Shown piece after piece: positions 19,708 to 29,300 of a stretch of 64,000 nucleotides of DNA. Origin of the DNA: Bacteroidota bacterium (lineage in GTDB: Bacteria; Bacteroidota; Bacteroidia; NS11-12g; UBA9320). The stretch spans positions 18,931-82,930 of the forward strand of contig JABWCE010000004.1 in NCBI GenBank assembly GCA_013359235.1, given 5' to 3'. The notes beneath the pieces are model-generated. The model ran no database searches. It saw only the letters and a list, made by a program, of their open reading frames with translations, and was not told where the DNA came from. Position 1 is the first letter of the stretch. Each line of letters begins with the position of its first letter. The position numbers and the translations under genes were made by a program.

Positions 19708-20718
19708 ATGAAAAAAAGTAATATCTTAGTAACCGGAGGACTTGGTTTTATTGGAAGTCATACAGTGGTTGAACTTATCGAAGACGGATATATTCCGGTT
19801 ATAGTTGATAATTTGAATAACTCAGAATTAAGTGTTTTAACAGGAATTGAAAAAATTACAAAAATTAAACCCATTTTTTACAACCTCAATATTTTAAACA
19901 CCAACATACTTGAAGAAATTATTATACAACACCAGATAGATTGTGTAATACATTTTGCTGCACACAAAGCAGTAGGCGAATCAGTTGAAAATCCTTTGGA
20001 GTACTATTATAACAATGTATCAGGACTAATTTCACTTCTAAAAGCTATGGAAAAATGCAATGTAAAAAAAATTATTTTTTCGTCAAGTTGTACTGTTTAT
20101 GGGCAAGCTAGCCAACTTCCGGTAACCGAAAACAATCCGATTTTAAAAGCTGAATCGCCTTATGGTAATACAAAAAAAATATGTGAAGAAATATTGACAG
20201 ATGTTGCAAAAACAGGTAAACTAAAAGTCGTTTCGTTAAGATATTTTAATCCCGCAGGAGCTCATAAAAGTGCATTTATAGGCGAATTGCCCAAGGGAAT
20301 ACCAAACAACTTAATTCCTTTCATTACTCAAACAGCAGCAGGCATAAGACATTCGCTTACAATATTTGGAGATGACTACAACACACTCGATGGCACCTGT
20401 ATCAGAGATTACATACATGTTACCGACCTGGCAAAAGCACATGTAAAATCAATAAATTTTATAAATTCTAATGAATCAGAAATTGAAGTTTTCAATATCG
20501 GCACAGGCAAAGGTTCTACTGTACTTGAAATAGTAAAAGCTTTCGAAAAAGAAAATTCAATTAAATTAAATTATAAAATTGGAAACCGCCGTAGTGGAGA
20601 TATTGAAAAAATTTGGGCAGATTGCAAAAAAGCAAATACTTTATTGAATTGGAAAGCACAACTTACAATTGAAAATATTGTAAAAGATGCTTGGAAATGG
20701 CAAAATCAATTAATCTGA
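19708..20718 (+). CDS. galE: UDP-glucose 4-epimerase
   Basis: GGLGFIGSH, HFAA.KAVGESV, SPYG.TK, LRYFNP, DGTCIRDYIHV. Confidence 0.96.
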   Translation: MKKSNILVTGGLGFIGSHTVVELIEDGYIPVIVDNLNNSELSVLTGIEKITKIKPIFYNLNILNTNILEEIIIQHQIDCVIHFAAHKAVGESVENPLEYYYNNVSGLISLLKAMEKCNVKKIIFSSSCTVYGQASQLPVTENNPILKAESPYGNTKKICEEILTDVAKTGKLKVVSLRYFNPAGAHKSAFIGELPKGIPNNLIPFITQTAAGIRHSLTIFGDDYNTLDGTCIRDYIHVTDLAKAHVKSINFINSNESEIEVFNIGTGKGSTVLEIVKAFEKENSIKLNYKIGNRRSGDIEKIWADCKKANTLLNWKAQLTIENIVKDAWKWQNQLI

Positions 20719-20758
20719 ATTTTTATTATTTTTGAAATAAAAAATATATCCTAATAAC

Positions 20759-21187
20759 ATGAGAAGCAACTTACATAGAGATAGCTCAAACAAAGTAATA
20801 GCAGGTGTTTGTGCAGGGCTTGGCAACTATTTTATGCTTGACCCGGTTTTTTTCAGGCTATTTTTTCTTATAATTATGTTTTTTGGTGGAGGAGGTATTC
20901 TTTTATATGTGCTTCTTTGGGTTCTGCTGCCAATTGATGAAAATTATAGAAAAAATGAATATTTTCAGGAAAATACAAATTCAACATCTTCGCAGCAAAA
21001 TGATACCGATAGAACAAATATACCAATTGCACTGCTTTTGCTTTCGGCAGGTATTATGTTGCTTGTAAACAATATAATTCCGGGTTTCAACTTAAAAAAA
21101 CTTTGGCCAATAATATTAATTGTTATTGGAATAGGAATTATTTTAAGTTTTAATAAAAATTCAGAAAAAAAACAGGAAAATGAATAA
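20759..21187 (+). CDS. PspC domain protein with C-terminal LiaF/DUF5668-like TM segment
   Basis: R...NKVIAGVCAGLG.YF..DP PspC motif; KLWP.ILI.IG at the C-terminus. Confidence 0.85.
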   Translation: MRSNLHRDSSNKVIAGVCAGLGNYFMLDPVFFRLFFLIIMFFGGGGILLYVLLWVLLPIDENYRKNEYFQENTNSTSSQQNDTDRTNIPIALLLLSAGIMLLVNNIIPGFNLKKLWPIILIVIGIGIILSFNKNSEKKQENE

Positions 21188-21455
21188 TTCAAATTACACA
21201 TTTGGAATGATATTAATGCTTGCCGGAGCTTTGTTGCTTTTGAACAATTTTGATTTGCTTCATATTAATTTGCACGAAGTATTAAAATTCTGGCCACTGC
21301 TATTAGTTTACACAGGGCTTGCTTTGCTTGTAAAAAACCAGAAAGGTTGGGCACTTGCACTTGCTATGCTCATTATTACTGCTATTGCCGTTGGTCTTTA
21401 TATTTTCTTTAATAAATACGAAGACAACATTCCATTTTTGAATAATATTACTTGA
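21180..21455 (+). CDS. LiaI/LiaF-like small membrane protein (DUF5668)
   Basis: G.IL...G.LLLLNN...KFWPLLL; overlaps the pspC-like stop. Confidence 0.75.
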   Translation: MNNSNYTFGMILMLAGALLLLNNFDLLHINLHEVLKFWPLLLVYTGLALLVKNQKGWALALAMLIITAIAVGLYIFFNKYEDNIPFLNNIT

Positions 21456-21766
21456 AAATATTATATTATTTTTAAACCTTAAAGCATTTAATAAAAACCA
21501 CAAAACTTTAGTAACAAAAACGTTTGAAATATGTAAACAAATAAATGTAAAAATATATTCCGAAACTTGAAAAAATTAAAATAAAAACGGTATATTTTTA
21601 TATTTGTTTTTAATTAGCCAATTAGTATTTTATATGGTTTATGTGTTGTGTGAAATGTAAAGTACAACATAACAATGACAGACAAGATATATAGAATACA
21701 TAACAAGTAGAGGATTTGAAGTGCTGACCGACAAAAACTATATGGAAAATTTCTATTGACTTTTCA

Positions 21767-21814
21767 CCAGCCAAGTCTTGATTATGGGTCTTGAAATGGA
21801 AGAGAACTCGGCTG
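21767..21814 (-). other. stem-loop downstream of OMP gene
   Basis: Minus strand CCAGCCGAGT...ACTTGGCTGG 10-bp stem with one G-U pair; no clear U-tract. Confidence 0.5.
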
Positions 21815-21848
21815 GGTAAAAATTTCAGTTAAGTAAAAGTAGGATGTT

Positions 21849-22568
21849 CTATGTGCGGGGCTTGTTGATTAAATAAAAGAAGCCCATATTGAAGGGGGAG
21901 TATTGGCTATATACATCTAAACTCAAACCTGAATACTTAACCAAGTCATAGGAATCAGGATTGGTTTTGATGTTCCTCTTGTAAGTTATATTATAATAAT
22001 TGAGAAATGCCCAATTGCCCATCAGCATCACACGAGGAGCAATATTGTAAGCAAATCCTGCATGAACGCCCACATTCATATTCTTGTTTTCGTTTTTCAC
22101 GATAGTGGTAACGCTGGTATTTCCATTAGTTACCACCTCTTTATTTTCTTCTTTGTTTGATTCTAATTCCAGTCCCAGGCCAACAAAAGTGTGGAAATTT
22201 TTACTAAAACTAAAATATTTACGGGCATTGGCTCCAAATGACGGTCCTTTGCCCTTGATTGTTTGTTCTGTTTTGGTCTGTCCAAGTGTACTACTACTGG
22301 TTACTTTATTAGTATTAATACCTACCATCAGACCAATCGAAAAATTGTTTATCAGAAAATAATTTACTTCCGGCATGATGTCAAAATTTATTCTTTTAAC
22401 GGGGTCGTCTTTTACGATAACATTGCCGGCTTTGCTTTCCGACTCGGTTTTGCCGCTGTAAACACCAAATCCAAGACCACAATAAATGTTGCCTTTCTTG
22501 AGAAAATCCTGTGCAAATCCAGCACTTGACAGGAGCATTAAAGCGAAAATGAAGAGTTTCTTTTGCAT
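21849..22568 (-). CDS. outer-membrane beta-barrel protein
   Basis: Signal peptide (GFA/Q) and alternating amphipathic strands; looks GC-richer than its neighbours. Confidence 0.8.
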   Translation of the reverse strand: MQKKLFIFALMLLSSAGFAQDFLKKGNIYCGLGFGVYSGKTESESKAGNVIVKDDPVKRINFDIMPEVNYFLINNFSIGLMVGINTNKVTSSSTLGQTKTEQTIKGKGPSFGANARKYFSFSKNFHTFVGLGLELESNKEENKEVVTNGNTSVTTIVKNENKNMNVGVHAGFAYNIAPRVMLMGNWAFLNYYNITYKRNIKTNPDSYDLVKYSGLSLDVYSQYSPFNMGFFYLINKPRT

Positions 22569-22651
22569 GATTTGTTTATTTTAGTGTAGCAATTTTAAAT
22601 ATTGTAGAATTCTTATAAAATTTTTTTTATCCACACCTGCCAATTATATCA

Positions 22652-22680
22652 GCTATCACTTGCCTCTTGCAAGTGATAGC
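22652..22680. repeat. perfect 12-bp inverted repeat, REP-like hairpin
   Basis: GCTATCACTTGC-CTCTT-GCAAGTGATAGC followed by GGCGGG, in a divergent intergenic region. Confidence 0.75.
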
Positions 22681-22882
22681 GGCGGGAAATAATTTTATAA
22701 AAGGACAACTATAAATGTCCAAGTAATGCTGAAATTTTGTATTTTTGAAATAAAAAATGAAGTTTTTAGATGTGAAAATCTCGAGCATTTCGGGACACTT
22801 TCATTTGTGCAAATGCAAAAAAACACTAAATAGAAAAATATTTTGACATATTAAAACAGTCTTAAATTATACAGCCAGACAA

Positions 22883-23986
22883 ATGAAAAATATAATTAAA
22901 AAAACCTTTTTTCTTATCTTGATAGCCGTTATTTCTAATAAATCTGTTTTTTCTCAATTATCGGGAAAAGCAAAAATGTTATACGATTCGGCTTATGCTC
23001 AAGATCCCATATTAGTGAAAACAGCTTTGACTAATGGTGCTAAAATATTTTCAACTTCTGATAACAATTCATTCTATCTTCAGTGGATACCGGATGGTAC
23101 AACACCTGATGCAACACCGCTTATTGTGTCATTACATGGTTCGGGTTGCAATGCATTTATGGAGTTTAAAAGTTGGTATCTACAAGCAAAAATACACAAG
23201 TGCGGAATAATTGCTATTCAGTGGTATCGGTATATCCCAAATCCACCACTTGATTATTTTACGGATGATACGCTATACAGCTATATTGACTCGGCTTTAG
23301 CCAATATTAACTATCCTTCTAACAAAGCTCTTTTACATGGTTTTAGCCGTGGTTCAGCTCGCACTTATGCGATGATATTTAATGATATTCAAAGCGGTAA
23401 TAATTATTTTTGCACAACAATTTCTAATGCTGGCGATGCAGATTTAAATTATCCATTGTATGATTCAATAAATAATGGAAATTATGGGGCAACTGTTTTT
23501 ATGAATAAGCATTGGAATTTGTTTTGTGGTGGAAAAGATACCACAACTTATTGTTATGAAATGAAAAATACAGAAAAATGGCTGCAAAGCCAAGGAGCAA
23601 TAGTTGACATTTTTATACAAGATGCTGCTTTAGACCACAATGGATTTCAACTGCCATCAAGTTATAAGTATAAAGACAGCATTTTAAATAATTATCTTCA
23701 ATGTTATAATGGAACTTTAAATGTTTTTGAAACAGATAATAAAAAAATTGTTTCTGTTTTTCCAAATCCATTTTCATTCTCAACAACTTTAAAGACAACT
23801 TTGCTTTTTAAAAATGCTTCTTTAACAGTTTACAACTCTTTGGGGCAGGCAGTAAAGCAAATGGACAAACTCACCGGACGGACAATCATTTTGCACCGAG
23901 ACAACTTATCAACGGGATTATATTTCGTTACTCTCACACAAGAAAATCAAGTTATCGCTACAAATAAAATAATTATTACAGACTGA
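22883..23986 (+). CDS. secreted alpha/beta-hydrolase (esterase-like) with T9SS type A CTD
   Basis: Signal peptide; LHGSG, GFSRG nucleophile elbow, GGKD and DHNG triad candidates; CTD FPNPF...VYNSLGQ...GLYFV...KIII. Confidence 0.82.
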   Translation: MKNIIKKTFFLILIAVISNKSVFSQLSGKAKMLYDSAYAQDPILVKTALTNGAKIFSTSDNNSFYLQWIPDGTTPDATPLIVSLHGSGCNAFMEFKSWYLQAKIHKCGIIAIQWYRYIPNPPLDYFTDDTLYSYIDSALANINYPSNKALLHGFSRGSARTYAMIFNDIQSGNNYFCTTISNAGDADLNYPLYDSINNGNYGATVFMNKHWNLFCGGKDTTTYCYEMKNTEKWLQSQGAIVDIFIQDAALDHNGFQLPSSYKYKDSILNNYLQCYNGTLNVFETDNKKIVSVFPNPFSFSTTLKTTLLFKNASLTVYNSLGQAVKQMDKLTGRTIILHRDNLSTGLYFVTLTQENQVIATNKIIITD

Positions 23987-24007
23987 CATAGACAACCGAG
24001 AAGCACA

Positions 24008-24103
24008 GGCATTAACCCGTGTTTTGTATTTAGTGGGTTTATGTGCAAATTTGAAGTTTTATACTAAAAAACCGCCACTACGCCAAGTAGAGAAACATCA
24101 ACC
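24008..24103 (+). mobile_element. degenerate attC-like / cassette-associated palindrome
   Basis: GCATTAAC just after the gene stop, and TAGTGGGTTT...AAACCGCCACTA imperfect stem. The expected GTT end is replaced by ATC. Confidence 0.4.
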
Positions 24104-24285
24104 TTACATATACACGAGATTTAATTTAAAAAACTCAAATACAATGTTGATTATTTATGCAGCCTTTAGCCCTTTAATTACAAGCATTAGAGTATATTAA
24201 CCTATTGAACCTTAAAAGGTCAAAATAGTGAACAAATTGTTGTGATACCCGAAAGTTTAGATGATAATTGGTGAAGATTTTCAGA

Positions 24286-26334
24286 TTATTTTTTTATCCC
24301 TTCCAAATCAAGCAAAAATGCGTATTCCATGGCTACTTCTTTTAATCTTTCAAAACGTCCTGAAGCTCCGCCATGTCCTGTATCAAGATTTATGAAAAAC
24401 AAAATTTTATTTTTACCGAGATTATTTTCTCTTAATCGGGTTACCCATTTTGCCGGCTCCCAGTATTGAACCTGACTGTCGTGTAAGCCAGTAGTTACTA
24501 GTATCGAAGGGTATTTTGCAGGTTTAATATTATCGTATGGGCTATAAGATTTTATATATTTATAATACTTTGGGATGTTTGGGTTGCCCCATTCATCGTA
24601 TTCTCCTGTAGTAAGTGGAATACTGTCATCCAACATTGTTGTTAGCACATCAACAAAAGGCACTTGGGCAATCATTCCGTTCCACAAGTGAGGTTGCATA
24701 TTTAAAATAGCACCCATTAACAGCCCACCTGCACTTCCGCCCATTGCATACAAATGCTTTGGCGTTGTGTATTTAATTTCAATTAATTTTTTTGCCGAAG
24801 CTATAAAATCATTAAAAGTATTTTTTTTCTTAAAGAGTTTTCCGTTTTCGTACCACTTTCTGCCTAACTCTTGTCCTCCTCTGATATGAGCTATAGCAAC
24901 GATAAATCCTCTGTTTAGCAAACTTAATCTTACCGAGCTAAAATATACATCCAAGCTTGCACCATACGAACCATAGCCATACAATAGCAATGGATTTCCG
25001 TCTGGTTTTTTCAATGATTTTTTATAAACCAACGAAATAGGTATCTGCGTTTTATCTTTTGCAGTAGCAAAAATTCTTTCGGTTTGGTATTCGTCAGCGT
25101 TGTATCCACCAATTATTTCCTGTTGTTTGAGTATTTTTTTCTCTTTTGTTATTAAATTGTACTCTATTGTACTGTTTGGTGTGGTAAGTGATGTGTAACC
25201 ATATCTAAGTACAGTACTGTCAAATTCAGGATTTACCGATACTCCGGCACTATATACAGGTTCGCCAAAATCAAGATAATGTTCTTTTTTATCTTTATTG
25301 TTTATAATTCTTAATTGTGTCAATCCGTTGGTTCTTTCATCAATTACTATAAAATCTTTAAACAACTCAATACCTTCAATCATCGTTTCAGGGCGATTTG
25401 GTATTACTTCCATCCAGTATTTGCGGTTTGTTTGATTTTCGGGAGTTACCATTAGTCTGAAATTTTTTGCTTTGTAATTTGTAATGATATAAAATCTATC
25501 ATTAAAATGGGCAATACTGTACTCGTGTTTTTTTTGCCTTTTGAAAAATATTTTGAATTTCCCATTTGGCTTATCGGCATTTAATATTCTAAACTCTGAC
25601 GCTAAAGTGCTATCGCTGCCTATTATTAAATATTTCTTCGATTTGCTTTTATAAATGTAAGTATTAAAAGTATTATCTTTTTCTTCGTAAATTAATTTAA
25701 TACTGTTTTTACCAAGTTGTTTTCTGAAAATTTTGTGTGAACGTAGAGTTACATTGTCTTTTACGCTGTAAAATACATGTTTGCTATCGTTTGCCCAGCA
25801 ACATGTGCCATTTGTGTTTTCAATTTTATCAGGCAGTATTTCGCCTGTTTCAAGATTTTTGAAATGAATTGTATATATTCTTCGGCTGAGTGTATCGGTT
25901 GAGTAAGCCAAAATATTGTTGTCTTCGCTTATTGTAAGCCCTGTTACATCAATAAACTGATACCCTTTGGCTAAATCATTAACGTCAAGTATAATTATTT
26001 CTTCATTTTCAAGAGTATCTTTTTTGCGACAGTAAATGGGGTATTCTTTTTCATTTTCGTAGCGTGTGTAATACCAATACCCATTGTATTTGTAAGGAAC
26101 TGATTCATCAGTTTTTTTTATTCTTCCTTTAATTTCTTCAAAAAGTTGGTTTTGAAAATTTTCATTATGTGCAAATTCCGATTTGAAATATTCATTTTCT
26201 TGTTTAAGGTATTTTAATACTTCCGGATTTTCTCTTTCGTTAAGCCAATAATATTCATCAATTCGTATATCTCCGTGTTTTTCAAGAGTTTTGGGTTTTT
26301 TAGCCGGCTTTGGTGGAATCATGTTGCTTTGCAT
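24286..26334 (-). CDS. ptrB: oligopeptidase B (peptidase S9A)
   Basis: GGSAGG, D..IPLTTGEYDEWGNP, GLHDSQVQYWEPAKW, GHGGASGR. Confidence 0.95.
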   Translation of the reverse strand: MQSNMIPPKPAKKPKTLEKHGDIRIDEYYWLNERENPEVLKYLKQENEYFKSEFAHNENFQNQLFEEIKGRIKKTDESVPYKYNGYWYYTRYENEKEYPIYCRKKDTLENEEIIILDVNDLAKGYQFIDVTGLTISEDNNILAYSTDTLSRRIYTIHFKNLETGEILPDKIENTNGTCCWANDSKHVFYSVKDNVTLRSHKIFRKQLGKNSIKLIYEEKDNTFNTYIYKSKSKKYLIIGSDSTLASEFRILNADKPNGKFKIFFKRQKKHEYSIAHFNDRFYIITNYKAKNFRLMVTPENQTNRKYWMEVIPNRPETMIEGIELFKDFIVIDERTNGLTQLRIINNKDKKEHYLDFGEPVYSAGVSVNPEFDSTVLRYGYTSLTTPNSTIEYNLITKEKKILKQQEIIGGYNADEYQTERIFATAKDKTQIPISLVYKKSLKKPDGNPLLLYGYGSYGASLDVYFSSVRLSLLNRGFIVAIAHIRGGQELGRKWYENGKLFKKKNTFNDFIASAKKLIEIKYTTPKHLYAMGGSAGGLLMGAILNMQPHLWNGMIAQVPFVDVLTTMLDDSIPLTTGEYDEWGNPNIPKYYKYIKSYSPYDNIKPAKYPSILVTTGLHDSQVQYWEPAKWVTRLRENNLGKNKILFFINLDTGHGGASGRFERLKEVAMEYAFLLDLEGIKK

Positions 26335-26438
26335 TATTTATATATACTAGATAGTCAAAAATTTTTCAAAAATACTCTTTAAATGTAAATGGCATAAAAT
26401 TTAAAAAATACAGATTAATATTGTTTGATTTTTTTTTA

Positions 26439-27146
26439 ATGGGAAACGGAAAATTATATCTTATACCAAATTTTGTTTACAAGGGTAATAAAAACGACAT
26501 TTCAATCAATCAACTCAGTATTATTTATTCAATAACCGAGTTTATCGTAGAAAGCGAAAAAGTAACACGTATGTTTTTAAAATCAATTGAACATCCGGTT
26601 AAACAAGACAATTTTATGTTTCATTTATACAACGAGCACAACTTAAATATTGTAGATTTTAATGAGATTTTTAAAAATGTAAAATTGGGGGAAAATATTG
26701 GTTTGATAAGTGATGCCGGTATTCCATGTGTGGCTGACCCAGGTAGCAAAGTGGTAGAGTATGCACATAAAAACAATATTAAAATTGTACCGATGGGTGG
26801 TAGTTCAAGTATTTTTTTAGCTCTTATGGCAAGTGGGATGAATGGTCAACAATTTACTTTTAACGGATATTTGCCCTTAGATACAAGTAAAAGATTAAAA
26901 AAATTAAAATCAATGGAAAAAGAAGTTGAATCAAGCGGTACCACTCAAATATTTATGGAAACACCATACCGAAATAACCAATTGCTTGAAATGCTTGTAA
27001 AAACTCTGAATAGCGAAACTGTATTATTTATTGCAGCAGGAATACATTCCCCAAATCAGATATTTGAAAGAAAGAAAATTAAATTTTGGAAAAATTTTAA
27101 AATTGACCTAAATAAAATTCCTACAATTTTCATCATTGGAAATTAA
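26439..27146 (+). CDS. RsmI-like tetrapyrrole-methylase-family SAM-dependent methyltransferase
   Basis: GKLYLIP, SDAG.P.VADPG, LMASG..GQ.F.F.GYLP, ETPYRN; ATG at 26439. Confidence 0.88.
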   Translation: MGNGKLYLIPNFVYKGNKNDISINQLSIIYSITEFIVESEKVTRMFLKSIEHPVKQDNFMFHLYNEHNLNIVDFNEIFKNVKLGENIGLISDAGIPCVADPGSKVVEYAHKNNIKIVPMGGSSSIFLALMASGMNGQQFTFNGYLPLDTSKRLKKLKSMEKEVESSGTTQIFMETPYRNNQLLEMLVKTLNSETVLFIAAGIHSPNQIFERKKIKFWKNFKIDLNKIPTIFIIGN

Positions 27147-27200
27147 TATTTTTTTTTTAAGTTTGTTGTGCTTAATTTTTTTTTTTGACATTTTTTTACT

Positions 27201-29219
27201 TTGAAAACATATTTTCAGATATTTTTTATTTTATACAGTCTTAGTCTGAAAAGCCAGATTCCTGATAGTATTTTATACAATTGGAACAATAATGAACCTA
27301 TAGAAAAATCATTACCAACAAAAATTATAAATGCAATAAATTATGGATTTGATAATGCCGGAAAAGCTGATAACAGCAGTTTACTTCAAAAAATAATTTA
27401 TACAGCAAAAAGTGATAGCCAAACAGTAATAGTTTTTGATGAAGGTACTTTTAAATTTACAAAAACCATTTTTTTACAATCAAATATTACTATTGAGGGT
27501 AAAGGTGCTGGCAAAACTATATTGTTGTTTGATAATACAGGCAAAGGACATTTGTTTGATATAAGCAGCAAGCAACAAAACAAATTTTATGTAGCAAACA
27601 GTAATATTTATAAATCAACAAGCAATTTTGATTTAGATTCAATACCATTAGAAAACAAATCATATTGCGAATTGCTTATTAATAGTAAGGGTTTGGCAAC
27701 TTCAGAATGGGCAATGCAATCAATCGGGCAAATAGTTAAAATAAATTCAATTATAAACAACTCAGCATTAATTTACGGAGATTTTAAACACGATTTTTTA
27801 ATATCAGATAATCTAAGATATAGAAAAATTACCCCAATAACTAATGTAAATTTTAAGTTTTTCAGCATACATAGAATTGATAAAACAAGCGACCAAACCA
27901 ATAATTTTAATTTTAATTATGCTGTAAATTGCTCAATAAAAGGCGTAGAAAGCATTAATTGTAATATGTCGCATATTTCGTTTTCAAAAAGTTACAATTG
28001 CAAGGTTAGCGATAGCTATATACATCATGCTTTTGAATATGGAGGTGGCGGCAAGGCTTATGGAGTTGAACTCAGCAATACAACTTCATCGTGTTTGATA
28101 GAAAACAATATTTTTGAAAATCTTCGCCACAGCATTTTATTACAAAGCGGTGCAAATGGAAATGTTTTAACAGGTAATTACTCTACCAAACCTTATTGGA
28201 ACGAAGGGCTATTGCCCCAAAACTCTGCCGGAGAAATTGTTTTGCATGGCAATTATCCTTTTGCAAACCTAATAGAACAAAACCAGATTGGAAATATAGT
28301 TGTAGATAATTCGCATGGTATAAACGGACCAGATAATATGTTTTTGCGAAACAAAGTAACGCTTTGGGGTGTGTATATGAATAACGGAAGTGGTAATAAT
28401 ACACATTTTATCGGTAATGAAATAACAGGTATTCTATGCAGTTTTGCTGGTAATAACAATTTTATTTTGTCTAATTTTAGTACCAATAGCGATACAATCA
28501 CAAATAAAAATTTCAAATTGCCTTCAAGCCTTTATTTTGCTGAAAAACCCTGTTGGTGGCCCAAAAAAATATTATTCCCGACAATTGGAAATGCCAATAC
28601 TTTTAATATAGGAAATATTCCATCTTCATATCGTTATAATTTTGATTCACTAAGGGCATTAAATTCATCAGAAAACACATTTCTAATAAATTTTACTTCA
28701 AAAAATAAAATAGATAAAAACACAGTAAAGTTCACATTTGAAAGCAATTTGCAAGTGAATGTTAAAACAGTAAATCTCGAAATTGTTTCATCAAATTTTC
28801 AATTATGGAAAATATTAGATGAAAATTTATCAAATGAATTTCTTTTTCAGAAATACAGCTTTACAGATAGTTTAAAAGTGCAAAATACAACATGTTTCAG
28901 ATGGAAAATAGTTGCAAATAACAACACTGAAATAAATAGCGATACATTTTGTATTTTATTGAATACGGCAAAAAATTTTGATATTTCGAAAGATGAATTT
29001 AATGTATTTCCCAATCCATTTTGCGAAAAAATACTGATAAACACAAGCGAAACAACACAGGTAACAATTTTTGACAACACAGGAAAAATAATACTTTACA
29101 AGCAAGTTTTTGCTGGTGAACCAAATGAAATATCAACTTTAAGCTTAAAAAAAGGAATATATCTTTTAAAAATCGGAAATGATGATAAATCCTATAGTCG
29201 TTTAATTTTTAAAGAATAA
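27201..29219 (+). CDS. T9SS type A substrate with pectate-lyase-like right-handed beta-helix
   Basis: Signal peptide, YG...G..DNS..LQ, F..GTF, ENNIF..LRH beta-helix repeats; CTD FPNPF...GIYLLKI. Confidence 0.82.
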   Translation: MKTYFQIFFILYSLSLKSQIPDSILYNWNNNEPIEKSLPTKIINAINYGFDNAGKADNSSLLQKIIYTAKSDSQTVIVFDEGTFKFTKTIFLQSNITIEGKGAGKTILLFDNTGKGHLFDISSKQQNKFYVANSNIYKSTSNFDLDSIPLENKSYCELLINSKGLATSEWAMQSIGQIVKINSIINNSALIYGDFKHDFLISDNLRYRKITPITNVNFKFFSIHRIDKTSDQTNNFNFNYAVNCSIKGVESINCNMSHISFSKSYNCKVSDSYIHHAFEYGGGGKAYGVELSNTTSSCLIENNIFENLRHSILLQSGANGNVLTGNYSTKPYWNEGLLPQNSAGEIVLHGNYPFANLIEQNQIGNIVVDNSHGINGPDNMFLRNKVTLWGVYMNNGSGNNTHFIGNEITGILCSFAGNNNFILSNFSTNSDTITNKNFKLPSSLYFAEKPCWWPKKILFPTIGNANTFNIGNIPSSYRYNFDSLRALNSSENTFLINFTSKNKIDKNTVKFTFESNLQVNVKTVNLEIVSSNFQLWKILDENLSNEFLFQKYSFTDSLKVQNTTCFRWKIVANNNTEINSDTFCILLNTAKNFDISKDEFNVFPNPFCEKILINTSETTQVTIFDNTGKIILYKQVFAGEPNEISTLSLKKGIYLLKIGNDDKSYSRLIFKE

Positions 29220-29275
29220 AAATTTAAAATAAATGGCAGCATTTATTCTTAAAGTAAAATCACATAATAACATCA

Positions 29276-29283
29276 TATCTTTG
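29276..29283 (+). promoter_or_regulatory. -7 promoter element (TATCTTTG)
   Basis: TAnnTTTG 18 nt upstream of the YbjN-like gene. Confidence 0.6.
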
Positions 29284-29300
29284 CCCAAATTTTTTAAAAA

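Noticed and set aside
24201-24228. CTATTGAACCTT-AA-AAGGTCAAAATAG imperfect palindrome as the ptrB terminator
   Set aside because: Mismatched AT-rich stem without a clear U-tract.
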